This document shows, piece after piece, positions 1-12,826 of a DNA stretch of 64,000 nt. The notes beneath the pieces were generated by a model. It had not been told where the DNA came from. It saw only the letters and a program-made list of their open reading frames with translations, and did no database searches. This stretch comes from Eledone cirrhosa (lineage: Eukaryota): contig OZ024741.1 in assembly GCA_964016885.1 (NCBI GenBank), positions 342,736,001 through 342,800,000 on the forward strand. Reading direction: 5' to 3'. Each line of letters starts with the position of its first letter. Within the stretch, counting starts at the first letter, position 1. The translations under genes and the position numbers were made by a program.

Positions 1-1822
1 GGTATGTAATACAGAGATGGTAGTATTAAGGTATGGAGTAGAGTGGTATAGAAGGTATACTGTATTGTGTGGTGGTATGTAATACAGAGATGGTAGTGTT
101 AAGGTATGGAGTAGAGTGGTATAGAAGGTGTACTGTATTGTGTGGTGGTATGTAATACAGAGATGGTAGTGTTAAGGTATGGAGTAGAGTGGTATAGAAG
201 GTGTACTGTATTGTGTGGTGGTATGTAATATAGAGATGGTAGTGTTAAGGTATGGAGTAGAGTGGTATAGAAGGTGTATAGTATTGTGTGGTGGTATGTA
301 ATACAGAGATGGTAGTGTTAAGGTATGGAGTAGAGTGGTATAGAAGGTGTACTGTATTATGTGGTGGTATGTAATATAGAGATGGTAGTGTTAAGGTATG
401 GAGTAGAGTGGTATAGAAGGTGTACTGTATTGTGTGGTGGTATGTAATACAGAGATGGTAGTGTTAAGGTATGGAGTAGAGTGGTATAGAAGGTGTACTG
501 TATTGTGTGGTGGTATGTAATACAGAGATGGTAGTGTTAAGGTATGGAGTAGAGTGGTATAGAAGGTGTACTGTATTGTGTGGTGGTATGTAATACAGAG
601 ATGGTAGTGTTAAGGTATGGAGTAGAGTGGTATAGAAGGTGTACTGTATTGTGTGGTGGTATGTAATACAGAGATGGTAGTGTTAAGGTATGGAGTAGAG
701 TGGTATAGAAGGTGTACTGTATTGTGTGGTGGTATGTAATACAGAGATGGTAGTGTTAAGGTATGGAGTAGAGTGGTATAGAAGGTGTACTGTATTGTGT
801 GGTGGTATGTAATACAGAGATGGTAGTGTTAAGGTATGGAGTAGAGTGGTATAGAAGGTGTACTGTATTATGTGGTGGTATGTAATATAGAGATGGTAGT
901 GTTAAGGTATGGAGTAGAGTGGTATAGAAGGTGTACTGTATTGTGTGGTGGTATGTAATACAGAGATGGTAGTGTTAAGGTATGGAGTAGAGTGGTATAG
1001 AAGGTGTACTGTATTGTGTGGTGGTATGTAATACAGAGATGGTAGTGTTAAGGTATGGAGTAGAGTGGTATAGAAGGTGTACTGTATTATGTGGTGGTAT
1101 GTAATATAGAGATGGTAGTGTTAAGGTATGGAGTAGAGTGGTATAGAAGGTGTACTGTATTATGTGGTGGTATGTAATATAGAGATGGTAGTGTTAAGGT
1201 ATGGAGTAGAGTGGTATAGAAGGTGTACTGTATTGTGTGGTGGTATGTAATACAGAGATGGTAGTGTTAAGGTATGGAGTAGAGTGGTATAGAAGGTGTA
1301 CTGTATTGTGTGGTGGTATGTAATACAGAGATGGTAGTGTTAAGGTATGGAGTAGAGTGGTATAGAAGGTGTACTGTATTATGTGGTGGTATGTAATATA
1401 GAGATGGTAGTGTTAAGGTATGGAGTAGAGTGGTATAGAAGGTGTACTGTATTATGTGGTGGTATGTAATATAGAGATGGTAGTGTTAAGGTATGGAGTA
1501 GAGTGGTATAGAAGGTGTACTGTATTGTGTGGTGGTATGTAATACAGAGATGGTAGTGTTAAGGTATGGAGTAGAGTGGTATAGAAGGTGTACTGTATTG
1601 TGTGGTGGTATGTAATACAGAGATGGTAGTATTAAGGTATGGAGTAGAGTGGTATAGAAGGTGTACTGTATTGTGTGGTGGTATGTAATATAGAGATGGT
1701 AGTGTTAAGGTATGGAGTAGAGTGGTATAGAAGGTGTACTGTATTGTGTGGTGGTATGTAATACAGAGATGGTAGTGTTAAGGTATGGAGTAGAGTGGTA
1801 TAGAAGGTGTACTGTATTATGT
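1..1822. repeat. 73-bp tandem satellite/minisatellite, about 25 copies, truncated by window start
   Basis: Unit GGTATGTAATACAGAGATGGTAGTGTTAAGGTATGGAGTAGAGTGGTATAGAAGGTGTACTGTATTGTGTGGT repeats with period 73 and few variants. Confidence 0.97.
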
Positions 1823-2137
1823 AAGAGTGGAAAAAGTAAGAGAAAAATATATTAAGAAAGTATATAAATCAAATTAAGGTGGTTGAAAATCAGTTGAAGT
1901 TGTTGAGTATTTCTTCTTCTTCTTCTTCTTCTTCTTTCGATATACAAATCACCGCCACATCCCCCATCCACATTGAAATCGAGAGAACGTTCCCCTACCC
2001 TTTCTGTACCCACATCATATTTTCTCAAAAATAATTGAGAGATAGATAGATAGAGAGAGAGTGAGACGGAGAGGGAGAGAAGGAGAGGGAGAGAGACTGT
2101 TAAAATTAGATCAGAACTGTGAATTGGAGTTTATTAC

Positions 2138-2712
2138 GATTTCACGACATCTATGTGTAGAATAATGCTTTCTGATTTAGGCACAAGGCCAGCAATTTTG
2201 GGCGAGGAGAAAGTCAATTAAATCAACCTTAGTGTATTACCGGTACTTTATTTTATCGACCTCGTGAGGATGAAAGACAAAGCTAACTTCGACAAGATTT
2301 GAAATCAGAACATAAATAAATGAAATCATATGCCACAAAGTATGGTGCCCGAGATTCTACCGATTCTGCCACTCCACCACCATGTAGAACAATGCACACA
2401 GTTTAATTGTGATTTCATGATGTCTATTTGTAGAATAATGGTTTCTGATTTAGGCACAAGGCCAGTAATTTTAGGGGAGGGGAAAGTCAATTAAATCGAC
2501 CCCCCAGTGCATTACTGGTGCTTTATTTTATCAACCCCGTAAGGATGAAAGGCAAAGTTAACCTCAGCCGGATTTGAACTGAGACCGTAAAGGGCCATAA
2601 CTCTATGCTTCAAAGCTTGGTGCCCGACATTCTACCGATTCTGCCAACCCACCACCATGTAGAACAATGCACACAGTTTAATTGTGATTTCATGATGTCT
2701 ATTTGTAGAATA
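2138..2712 (-). mobile_element. Two tRNA-derived SINE copies (family S1; about 2168-2381 and 2440-2656) inside a ~274-bp tandem duplication
   Basis: Reverse strand has A-box-like TGGCAGAATCGG, B-box-like GTTCAAATCC, core GCCTTTCATCCTTACGGGGT(T/C)GATAAAATAAAG and 3' GGCCTTGTGCCTAAA. Flank GATTTCAYGAYRTCTAT.TGTAGAATAAT recurs at 2138, 2411 and 2686. Confidence 0.85.
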
Positions 2713-3233
2713 ATACACACAATTATGTCGACTAATGGCTCTTTCCATAAGAAGTATTGTCTCAAATTATGATCAAATTATGTAAACAATAAGAATAGAA
2801 CTATTTCCTCGAAGAATTGATCTCTTCTTTTAATGTATTTATGCACCTTTGGATATTTAATTGAAACGGAACATATATTAGAGATGTCTAAGGGCTGTGC
2901 GCTATCTAGTTAAACATTCTTTTCTGCCTTGACAAAACAACGTGCAACCAAATCAAGTGGTATGATTTGTTGAAGTTGTACACCACTCTAGCGGATGACC
3001 TGGGAATTTCTTCATCCAGTGTGGTTTAATATTTACTCTAGTATTCAATTGAAATTAGATACTGAAGTAAATACGTTTATGTATTGTCAGTACAATACCG
3101 AAGAAAGGTGATCAGCCAAACTGTCAACAGCTGGCCCTGACCGCCTTCGAGTCATAAACATTTTTCTCTGTTTTTTTAGCTTCTTGGATTGTGTTTACCA
3201 TTATTCCTTTATTATATAACTTTTACACAATAA

Positions 3234-3291
3234 ACACCTGATGATATCACCAGGATCTTACGGAACTTGGGCATTGAAATGTACATAGTGT
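3234..3291 (+). ncRNA. Minimal type I hammerhead ribozyme in a pLTR-like end
   Basis: acac-CTGATGA-(imperfect stem II)-GAAA-tgtac-ATA-gtgt with palindromic ATGTACAT stem III. Followed by AATAAA and (TA)n at 3352. Confidence 0.7.
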
Positions 3292-3347
3292 ATGCTATAA
3301 TAAATCTTTGAAGGAGTTTCACCAGTCTGGCCTCCTGTCATTTTACT

Positions 3348-3496
<149 letters not shown>

Positions 3497-3665
3497 AGTT
3501 GCTATTTTTAGTGGTGTGGCAGACAACACGTCTATGCTACTCCCGCTTCTACTAACGACCAGTGCACGTGTAGGTCACGTTTACGACCCCATTCCATCCT
3601 GCACCAGCAGGCTGAAGGCAATATATTTGCCAACTGTGGGACTTTATGTCCTATGAAAGGGAAAA

Positions 3666-3735
3666 TGCTTTCTGAAGAGCCGAACTTTCAATTGGATTTC
3701 CAATCTTTTGTGAGGCGAAACCGTCGGTAAAAGCA
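3666..3735 (+). ncRNA. Type I hammerhead ribozyme
   Basis: tgcttt-CTGAAGA-gcc..ggc-GAAA-ccgtcg-GTA-aaagca; helix I tgcttt/aaagca. Confidence 0.85.
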
Positions 3736-4141
3736 ATATGGAAAGGTAAATATTTAAATTATATTTTTGAATTTATTTTGAAAGATTGCTTGATTTTTAC
3801 TTGTTCCGCTTATCTCAATTTTATATTTCTGGTATGTCAAATTAATACCATTGAACAACAACTGTATCATAGACACCCTATATATTTCCGAGGGTACTTA
3901 GTACATGTGGGGATATTGATCTCATTTTATGTAAATTCTCCCATGTGTAGAGAAAAAATCCGTTGTTTACCTAGTTGCTATTTTTAGTGGTGTGGCAGAC
4001 AACACATCTATGCTACTCTCGCTTCTACTAACGACCAGTGCACGTGTAAGTCACGTTTACGGCCCCATTCCATCCTGCACTAGCTGGCTGAAGGCAATAT
4101 ATTTGCCGGCTGTGGGACTTTATGTCCTATGTAAGGGAAAA

Positions 4142-4222
4142 TGCTTTCTGAAGAGCTGAACTTTCCATTGGAAGTCCCTCGGTTTTCCAATCTTTTGTGA
4201 GGCGAAACCGTCGGTAAAAGCA
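4142..4222 (+). ncRNA. Type I hammerhead ribozyme (second copy)
   Basis: tgcttt-CTGAAGA-gct..ggc-GAAA-ccgtcg-GTA-aaagca; loop II is 11 nt longer than in the first copy. Confidence 0.85.
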
Positions 4223-4304
4223 ATATGGATAGGTAAATATTTAAATTATATTTTTTAAATTTATTTTGAAAGATTGTTTGAACTTTACTTGTTCCGCTTA
4301 TCTC

Positions 4305-4374
<70 letters not shown>

Positions 4375-4444
4375 CATATATATATATATATATACAGTAT
4401 ATATATATATATATATATATACAGCATATATATATATATATACA

Positions 4445-4480
<36 letters not shown>

Positions 4481-4567
4481 TTAAAAAGTAAACAGAAATA
4501 ACATCACAATCGGTACAGTATATGGAAGGAATATATTAGGTTAACGTTTGAAATAGTAGGAAGAGGG

Positions 4568-4603
4568 TCTTAACGTTTCGGAAGCTAGTCCTTCATCAGA
4601 AGA
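4568..4603 (-). ncRNA. Minimal hammerhead (family also at 60585 and 63879)
   Basis: Reverse complement reads tctt-CTGATGA-agga ctagct tcc-GAAAC-GTT-aaga. Confidence 0.75.
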
Positions 4604-4840
4604 AAGAATAAGAAATTAGATAGATTGAAGGAATGGGCGGGGTGGAATTGGAAAAAATAGATAAAAATAAAAGGTCCATTCACGTTGCTATATATATATA
4701 TACACAGATAAATCCACCAATTAATGATAGGGTCTAAGCCGTATGAAGAACTCAATGTAATCCGTATGTAGAAGATGTCGTGAAGCAAAGTTTTAAATAC
4801 AAAATTTCAACGATATAATTCATTGGAAGCAGAGTCAAAA

Positions 4841-5125
4841 ATACAAATAGTGAAACAATGAAATTATACAAAAAACGGTTAATTCATAGTAAAACTCATT
4901 ATTTTACGATCGTTTCTGGGGGGTAGTTCCCCGTATGTCCATTCTATTATTGATCTATGTAATATATATTACAAATTATCATAGTAAGAAAATATACATA
5001 CGTCTTCTCTACTCATCAATAATAGAATGGACATACGAGGAACTACCCCCACAGAAACGATCGTAAAATAATGAGTTTTACTATAAATTAACCGTTTTTT
5101 GTTTAATTTCATTGTTTTCACTATT

Positions 5126-5130
<5 letters not shown>
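4841..5130. repeat. Inverted pair (4841-4954 / 5015-5130) carrying the 3' half of a hammerhead
   Basis: Arms are reverse complements and each contains GAAACGATCGTA. Right arm ends in (TA)n. Confidence 0.75.
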
Positions 5131-5154
<24 letters not shown>

Positions 5155-5159
<5 letters not shown>

Positions 5160-5352
5160 AAAAAGTATGACCCCGATGGCAGAGCTCAAGCCGTTTTCAC
5201 GGCTATTTCTAGACTAGTCCAGAAATAGCTGTCGAAACGGCTTGAGCTCTGCCGTCGGGTCATACTTTTTCCCATTTCCCACTCTACTACCCTAAGTATT
5301 GAGTACTCTGGTGCGTTATGGTCCATCTGGTTTCTTACCACAATTCATTTGT
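5155..5352 (+). mobile_element. Fold-back element family A (palindrome 5158-5272 plus ~80-bp tail) in (TA)n
   Basis: Palindrome centred on GACT|AGTC contains GAAACGGC..GCCGTC. Tail CCCACTCTACTACCCTAAGTATTGAGTAC is shared with five other copies. Confidence 0.9.
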
Positions 5353-5394
5353 TATATATATATATATTCATACATACATATATATATATATATT

Positions 5395-5536
<142 letters not shown>

Positions 5537-6267
5537 CATACATATATATATACACACACACAAACACACACACAAACACACACACACACGCACACACGCA
5601 CATACCCCCCCCCCATATATATATATTGTTTTGCAAGATTCTTGATGTGAAATCGTGTGTTGAAACCGATATTGTTAGTTTGGAGATGGTCATATTACGA
5701 TTATTGCCAATAAAAATAAACAGACGGACCATATACGAATAGCTAAAGATAAAGTGAAAATCTTATTATGGTGTGTGTGTTTCATTTTATTGGTAATACT
5801 GGCAACATGACCATTCCCAAATATAAAAATACTGAAGTAAATAGTTTTGCTTAAAAACTCCACAAATGTTTAGTAAATGGTACAATGTACTCTAATCAAT
5901 TTTTAACGTTGATATACTTTACAAAACGTCAGCGAGCCAGATTTATGGGTAGCTTTGGAAAACAATTAAGTACATGGAAATAAAAGAAGATATTTATTTG
6001 CTCAAAGCCAGAACAGTTTATCCGACATTCAAGTATTCGATCAACTTACGCAGTATCTTTGGCAAATGCATTTTACCGTAGCAATGTATTGATCCATACC
6101 TCGCGAGGGCAATTTGGTAGACGGATACTCAATAAATATAGATGATTACAATGTACCAAACTTTAAAAAGTATTAAGGTCGATAAAATCGATTATTAAAC
6201 TTGGGGGCTCGTACAACATCATCATCACAGTCTCATTACTAGAAGCTGTTAAAGAATAAAAGAATAT

Positions 6268-6337
<70 letters not shown>

Positions 6338-6396
6338 TATATGTAAATAACTATATATGTATGCATCGCTATCTCTTTCTTTCTCTCTCTCTCTCA

Positions 6397-6446
<50 letters not shown>

Positions 6447-6518
6447 ATACACACACACATATAAGGTATGAAATTCGAAGGTTGCGACACTGCAAAAGGT
6501 ATGGTACTATTTAAGATA

Positions 6519-6674
6519 CAGTATTTCCCGCTACCCTTTTCCTAAAATAAGTCTGAAAAATCTATCATGCGTCCTGGAGGCCGAAGGCTGTTTATTATTT
6601 TTTTTCAACTTTTGGGTTGTCAAAATTAGGGTGCGTCCTCGAGGACGAAGCGTCTTCGTCGCTGGGAAATACGG
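6519..6674. mobile_element. Tc1/mariner-superfamily (Tc2/pogo-like) MITE
   Basis: TA-CAGTATTTCCC...GGGAAATACGG-TA termini; internal AAAATTAGGGTGCGTC subterminal motif. Confidence 0.65.
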
Positions 6675-6726
6675 TAAATAGAAGGCAACAAAGCTGCTCA
6701 GTTTTACTTATTCTTTATTCGAATAC

Positions 6727-6765
6727 GACTTTAATTTTCGAGATAAAATCTCCTCATCAGAAGTC
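6727..6765 (-). ncRNA. Minimal hammerhead
   Basis: Reverse complement reads gactt-CTGATGA-ggagat ttt atctc-GAAA-ATTA-aagtc, then AATAAA. Confidence 0.8.
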
Positions 6766-6949
6766 AAAAACCGTTGTTGCCTTCTTTTGTCATTAATCGC
6801 ACATTTCGCACTGTCACAGTCCTCGAATTACATACCTTCTTATACTTAATGCATAATGCTTTTAACAAAGTACAACACTTTTATAAATATATATTGCCTC
6901 AAACAACTCGATTAGTACCTGCTATATGGCAGCTACAACTTCGATTCAC

Positions 6950-7006
<57 letters not shown>

Positions 7007-7008
<2 letters not shown>

Positions 7009-7405
7009 ACAGATGTTGCAACTAGGAAGACATTGAGATCACTATAGAGGCGACTGCCAGGAATATGGGAAATTTAAGGATTAAGGAAGCCATTTTCATT
7101 AGCCGAATAATACCAGAGATAAATAATAGCTCAGAAATGCAGGAGGTAGAATGGTTACATGAGCATACGTTTTGCAAATACATAGACCGGTTACGAAAGA
7201 AAACTCTGAAAAGTCTGATCACTCGTTTGTTTTGTATTGGACTGTATCAGTTTCACATTTGAAAAGAGGGTTTTAACCCTGAAATATCATGGTAAAATAC
7301 ACTGGGTAAAACATTACTTTGTTTTGTTTCATTTGTCACTATTTACCCTTCGTATCTTTCTATTGCATTGTACCCGCTTTTAGGAAACCTTTATCGGTCT
7401 TTTAC
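7007..7405 (+). mobile_element. 5'-truncated Penelope/Poseidon-like PLE 3' end (GIY-YIG C-terminus plus pLTR)
   Basis: LRIKEAIFISRIIPEIN resembles the PLE endonuclease end. Degenerate HHR at 7256-7291 (stem AGGGTT-TT-AACCCT then GAAATATC). Starts at (TA)n. Confidence 0.6.
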
Positions 7406-7601
7406 TTCACACACACACACGCGCGCGCGTGCGCGCACACACACACTCACATGTACACACACAGACAGACAGACACACGCACACACACACACGTTCAGAA
7501 CTGAGAGTTTACCTCTATTTCTACGAAGAGATTTTTTATAATATGCGATTCTGCAAGCGTCGTATACATCTGTTTGTGTGTGTCAGTCAGTGTAAATATA
7601 T

Positions 7602-7820
7602 TGTTTCTTTTATAGGCACGAGGGCAGCAATTTTGGGGAGGGGAAAGTCGATTAAATCGACCCCAGTGCGTGACTGGTACTTTATTTTATCGACCCCGTA
7701 AGGATGAAAGGCAAAGTTGACTTCGCTTGGATTTGAACTTAGATCATAAAGGGCCGTAACTCTATGCTGAAAAGCATGGCGTCCGATCCTCTACCGATAT
7801 TGTGAATCCACCGCCCTCAG
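7602..7820 (-). mobile_element. SINE family S1 with target-site duplication
   Basis: Full S1 sequence flanked by GTCAG(T/A)GTAAATATAT at 7586-7601 and 7821-7836. Confidence 0.88.
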
Positions 7821-10170
7821 GTCAGAGTAAATATATAAACCCAGCGTTGATAGGTAGAAAAGATGAATTGATCTCACATTTCTGCAATTAGTCTCTCAGT
7901 GTAATTGCCTCTGACAATAAACACCATATAACAATAATCATTTCTAGGTTTAACAGTTTAATACTGATATACCTTTATAAGTTAAGCTAAACGGCCTTCT
8001 TGTATATGGGTAAAGGGTGAAAATATCAGTGAGAATATCAATGTGTGGCAACATTGAACTGAGGAAGATGAGTCACCGAATTTGAAACCGAAACAGTCGA
8101 TACTTACCCCCCCCCCACACACACACACAAAAAAAAGCCTAACCAATTATTCAAAAAAACCCCAACTATGGTCGTGAATTTTCTGTAATGACCGAAAACA
8201 TACGATCGTGGTGAATACAAGCGATCGAAATTTCAGGAAACTTTCTTTTATAAATAAACATAATTAAAGTAGGTAATGTAGAAACTTGATCCTCTTCTTT
8301 TGTCTTGCATCTCAGGAATTCAAGTTAATAATGAGTGATCGTTGATTGCCACATCAGATGAAAAAACACAAGATATGTAATCAAACTAAACAGACATATC
8401 AACTTTAAAACATATGGTGACTACGAAAAAGACACTTGGTCACATATTCTCTCGTTACACAGTTTTTGCCAAAACTGAGTAGACCTGACAGAATTGGCAA
8501 CTTTGAAATTTGGAAACGTTGCCAATGCTACTAAATCGATCGAGAAAGGAGCTTGTGCATGTCATAACAAAACCGTATCTGAAAATGGCAACCTTTTGGC
8601 AAATAGCGGTTTTGGATACACCATCTCATGTCGATGAGGGCAAACTTCCCTTGCATCATTATAAGGGAACGGAAAATGAAAGGAAACTGCCCACAGATAA
8701 ATGTATCGATTTGAACGAATAAAATATATAATTTCGTATGAACTGAGAAAACTAAACGAGTGCAAAGAAATAGAAATATATTTATAGAAATGAAGATAAC
8801 TAGAATGAGGGAATAGCAAGAAGCTGAAATAAACCCCGATAGTACTTAAATTCTCTGGGATTGATAAAAGGATGAAAAGAAGACGTACACAACAAACAGA
8901 AATAGTGTAATCATACATCTGTTAATGGTATAACCATGCATTTTTTATCGTGAGTTTGAAATGGAATCTCGGCATAGAACCAAAACAGCTGAATATGGCT
9001 GTCGGCGTTGAAAGGGAACCACACGCGCAATACTAGAGATACTTTTAGATATTTCATTGTATTTATTTTAAAAAGTTAGAATTCTCATTACTAATCTAGA
9101 AGTTATTATCACCTTGGGCAAGTGATAGCAACAACCCACGAAGCCCGTTATATCCAGAGTTAAAGAATATCTATTTAAATCGATTACATCGTCAATATGG
9201 TGCCAAGTTAACAGGAAAGAATTGATTGTTTTCAGTTTCAAATTCAGTGTTTCTCAGTTCAATGTTGCCATACATTGAATTTTATTTTAACTATATCCGA
9301 ATCTGCAACCGACGTATACTGTTTGTGAGTGTCAGTCAGTATAAATATATAAATCCACCGTTGATGGGTAGAAAAGTTGAATTGATCAGATTTCTTCAAT
9401 TAGTATCTCAGTGTAATTGCCTCTGACGATAAACACCATATAACAATGATCATTTCTAAGTTTAACAGTTTAATACTGATATACCTTTATAAGTTAATAT
9501 ATACATCTTTCCTGATTATGGGCAAAGAGTGCAATGCAAACATCGATATAGTTGTCTCTAGTTTTAGTACCAATATCGACTTATAGTAAAATTTAACAGA
9601 TTTAATTGAGACGGAAATGTTAAACACAATCATTGCCTTATATTTTTCATAATTTATCATTTCTATTGCTGCATATGACATCATAGAAAATAATTTACTT
9701 TTACATAATACTTAAAAGTGAAACACAAATATATATATATATTTAACAATCATTTATGCACAATATTGGATAATCTGAAATTTTTAATGAAGGTATACAT
9801 ACGATTTTAAGATTATTTACATCAAAATGTAAACAAACGTAAACACTTTTTTTAATCACTTCATGGGCAGAAAATTATTCGAATAGTTCTCACAAGTTTT
9901 ATTTCTACTTGGAATTTTATCAGAGAAAAATTATCTTCATTTTCTGTCCACAGAGAAGTTGATAGCCTAGTGCTATTAGATTAGAGCTATTAGATTAGTG
10001 CTATTAGATTAGAAGTGATTCGTCTAATTTGCATAATTTGCATAATGTTTTAGCGTAATAATGAATTAATTATGCATAACTTATATTGGATAACCTGAAA
10101 TTGTTAATGTAGGTTTGCCTACAATTTTTTTTATTTATAAGCACTGTGAAATATAAATAGATATACACAC

Positions 10171-10339
10171 AGAAAGTAACTACAATTACAGTTAGTTGCT
10201 ATAAAATAACTTATAAAATCGGGTAAAAATCCCTAAAGGCGGAAAAGCAGCCACTGGCAGCATTTTCCGTCTCTAGGGATCTTTATCGAATTTTTATAAG
10301 CTATTCTATAGCAGCTGACTGTAATTCCAGTTATTTTCT
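10171..10339. repeat. Imperfect ~170-bp palindrome (old fold-back or MITE)
   Basis: Arms ...AAAATCCCTAAAGGCGGAAAAGCAGCCA / TGGCAGCATTTTCCGTCTCTAGGGAT... centred near 10253. Confidence 0.7.
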
Positions 10340-10452
10340 ACGTCTGAGCTTCATACATCTTATAAATTTATTTCCTCAGCACTTAGTAAGTTTTAGAATT
10401 CGAGCTTCAGACATGTTTTTATATCTCTGAAGCTCATACATATTTGTATTTC

Positions 10453-10490
10453 ACCGACTAGTTTCATTTCTATTTGGGATTCATCAGAAA
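10453..10490 (-). ncRNA. Degenerate minimal hammerhead
   Basis: Reverse complement reads CTGATGA-atcccaaatagaaat-GAAA-cta-GTC; helices I and II are eroded. Confidence 0.5.
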
Positions 10491-11160
10491 TTAACTTTTT
10501 TCATTTTCTGTTCACAGATTAGAACTGGGCTGAAAAAGCCGTCTAATTTGCATAGCCATGTATTTGGTGACATTATGATTAATTAGTTATTAAACTGGAT
10601 CACTGTGACTATGGCAATAAACAAGTGAACCCGACTTTCGGATGTATTTCTGCAGTTCATTTCATTGATCAGGCTGCAGTTCACTGTCATGCAAAAATAA
10701 ACATTTGCCTTTTGACACCTGAAATATTATATGCCACACACCGCATTCTATCAGCTTAAATGACTGAAACTAATAAAAGAATAAATGAATATTTCGAAAC
10801 AAACCTCTTTCCAAACGACTTTTATACCTTGAAAGGCAACAAAAAGAAAATAAGGAAACTGACAAACTCTCAGCAGCTGGCTATCTTGCGATCAGATCAA
10901 CTTTCTATAACAATACCCCTGTGAGTTGGAGACAACACATATTTAAACAAACTTTCTGAGTACAAACTACATGCAGCATCTATGAAGAAGAAGGAGGAGG
11001 GAAAGAGAAAGAAGAAGGACGAAGAAGAGAAGAAGAAGAGGAGTAGAAACAAAAGAAAGCGGAGGAATAGTAGAAGAAAAAGAAGGCGGATAACTAGGGG
11101 AGAAGAAGGGTGAAAGAGAAAGAAGCGAAGAAAAAAAAGAATGATGAGGACGAATATAAC

Positions 11161-11724
11161 GATTTCTAGTATAGGAACAAAGCCAGTAATTTGGGGGAGG
11201 GGAAAGTCGATTAAATCGACCTCAGTGCATTACTGGTGCTTTATTTTATCGATCCCGTAAGGATGAAAAACCAAGCTAACCTCAGCGGGATTTGAACTCA
11301 GAACGTAAAGGCACATGACTCTATGCCTCACAACATGTTTTCCGACGCTCTACTGATTCTGCCATAATAATTGTTTCTACTTTTGGCACAGGTCAGCAAT
11401 TATCCAGTGCATTACTGGTACTTTATTTTGTCGACCCCGTAAGGATGAAAGGTAAAGTTAACCTCGGCGGGATTTGAACTCAGAATGGCAAGGACCGTAG
11501 CTCTATGTTGCAAAGCATGGCGTCCGACCCTCTACCGATACTGCCAATCCACCGCCATAATAATAATAATAGTTTTTTCTACTTTAGGCATAAGGCCAGC
11601 AATTTTTGGGGAAGGGAAAGTCGATCAAATCAACCCTAGTGCATTACTGGTACTTTATTTTATCGACCCCGTAAGGATGAAAGGCAAAGCTAACCTCGGC
11701 GGGATTTGAACTCAGAATGTAAAG
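11161..11724 (-). mobile_element. Cluster of three S1 SINEs (about 11161-11363, 11370-11555, 11572-11724)
   Basis: Repeated TTTTATCGACCCCGTAAGGATGAAAGGCAAAG.TAACCTCGGCGGGATTTGAACTCAGAA. Confidence 0.88.
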
Positions 11725-11829
11725 GATAACAATAATAAGTGAAGATGAAGAGGAAGAAAAGAATAATAAAGATGAAGAAGGAGGAGAAGAAGGTGAAAAA
11801 AGGAGGAGAAGAAGGATCAGAAGAAAATA

Positions 11830-11963
11830 TGTCGATGATGATCATGACAACGATGCTGCTGTTGATGATGATAGTGATGTTCATGATGATGCTGATAACG
11901 ACGAGGTTAATGATGACGACGATTTTGACAATGGTGATGATGGTGATGATGATGATGATGATA

Positions 11964-12002
<39 letters not shown>

Positions 12003-12135
12003 CTGAGGGTGAAGATAAGGATGAGGAAGACGACGATGATTATGCTGATGATAATAATGTCGACAACAAGGACGACGACAACAACGACGACAATGACGAC
12101 GATGATGATGATGATGATGATGATGATGATAATGC
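11830..12135. repeat. (GAT)n/(GAC)n trinucleotide microsatellite
   Basis: Direct reading; the poly-M and poly-H ORFs are artefacts of it. Confidence 0.9.
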
Positions 12136-12363
12136 AATGTGTCTACTTTCATGGCAATGCTAATAAGAATCATGACTGGAATTCTGTCTCGATGCCAGAA
12201 AATTGACAATATTCGAAGCAGAACTCAATTGCTGGAAAAAAGACAAGACTGACCAATTTCTTTCTTGGAAAATGTGCCAGACATTCCAAGTTAAATAAAA
12301 TCCCACAACTGTGTATAGCAAAATACATGCAAATAAATTTCTATTTACGATAGAGATGTAGCT

Positions 12364-12678
12364 CAGGAGCCGCAAAAATGCGGCCCGTAAACTACATTTT
12401 GGTGGCCTGCAGCAGAACAATTATCCTGACTAATTAAGGAAATTTGAAACGGAAAATTTGCTACCCTATATTGTGTGCTAATTTAAATATCCCACTTACT
12501 ATCATATATGTATTTATTTTGATGAAAAAACAACGAAAACAACAAAACAAACAAAAATAAACCTATCAGCTGTATTGTAGATTAGCATTATAACTGGTGC
12601 GTATCCTGCCCTTCCGGCTCCATTTCTCTTTTGGCCCGACCTAATGACTCTTTTGAGTCCTTGATTTTGAGGGTCCTG
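12364..12678. mobile_element. Degenerate hAT (Charlie-like) MITE
   Basis: CAGGAGCCGCAAA...TTTGAGGGTCCTG (11/13 TIR match), GCGGCCC subterminal motif, and flanks sharing GTAG. Confidence 0.5.
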
Positions 12679-12826
12679 TCGTAGACATAGTTGTTGATAT
12701 TGTTGTTGTTGATGATGTTAAAAACCAGGCCTTCTTTGTTCTTGCTGTTCTATGACCAAAGTGTTTCAGTCGAGCCAAACTCGTCTATTTTGTTTCACGT
12801 ATATAGTATCAAGTACTACATTATCC

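Larger units (their letters stand above)
3497..4310 (+). mobile_element. ORF-less partial tandem (476-bp period) with a hammerhead in each repeat; retrozyme-like
   Basis: 3497-3825 repeats at 3973-4310 and is flanked by (TA)n on both sides. HHRs at 3666-3735 and 4142-4222. Confidence 0.85.

Noticed and set aside
1-1822. CRISPR-like array
   Set aside because: Units are contiguous with no unique spacers, there are no cas genes, and the context is eukaryotic.
8380-8920. Possible transposase or host exon fragment
   Set aside because: Short ORFs without recognisable motifs or convincing splice structure.
10025-10552. Octamer ATTTGCAT cluster as an enhancer or snRNA promoter
   Set aside because: No associated gene or proximal element was found; the motifs lie within repeat-derived sequence.
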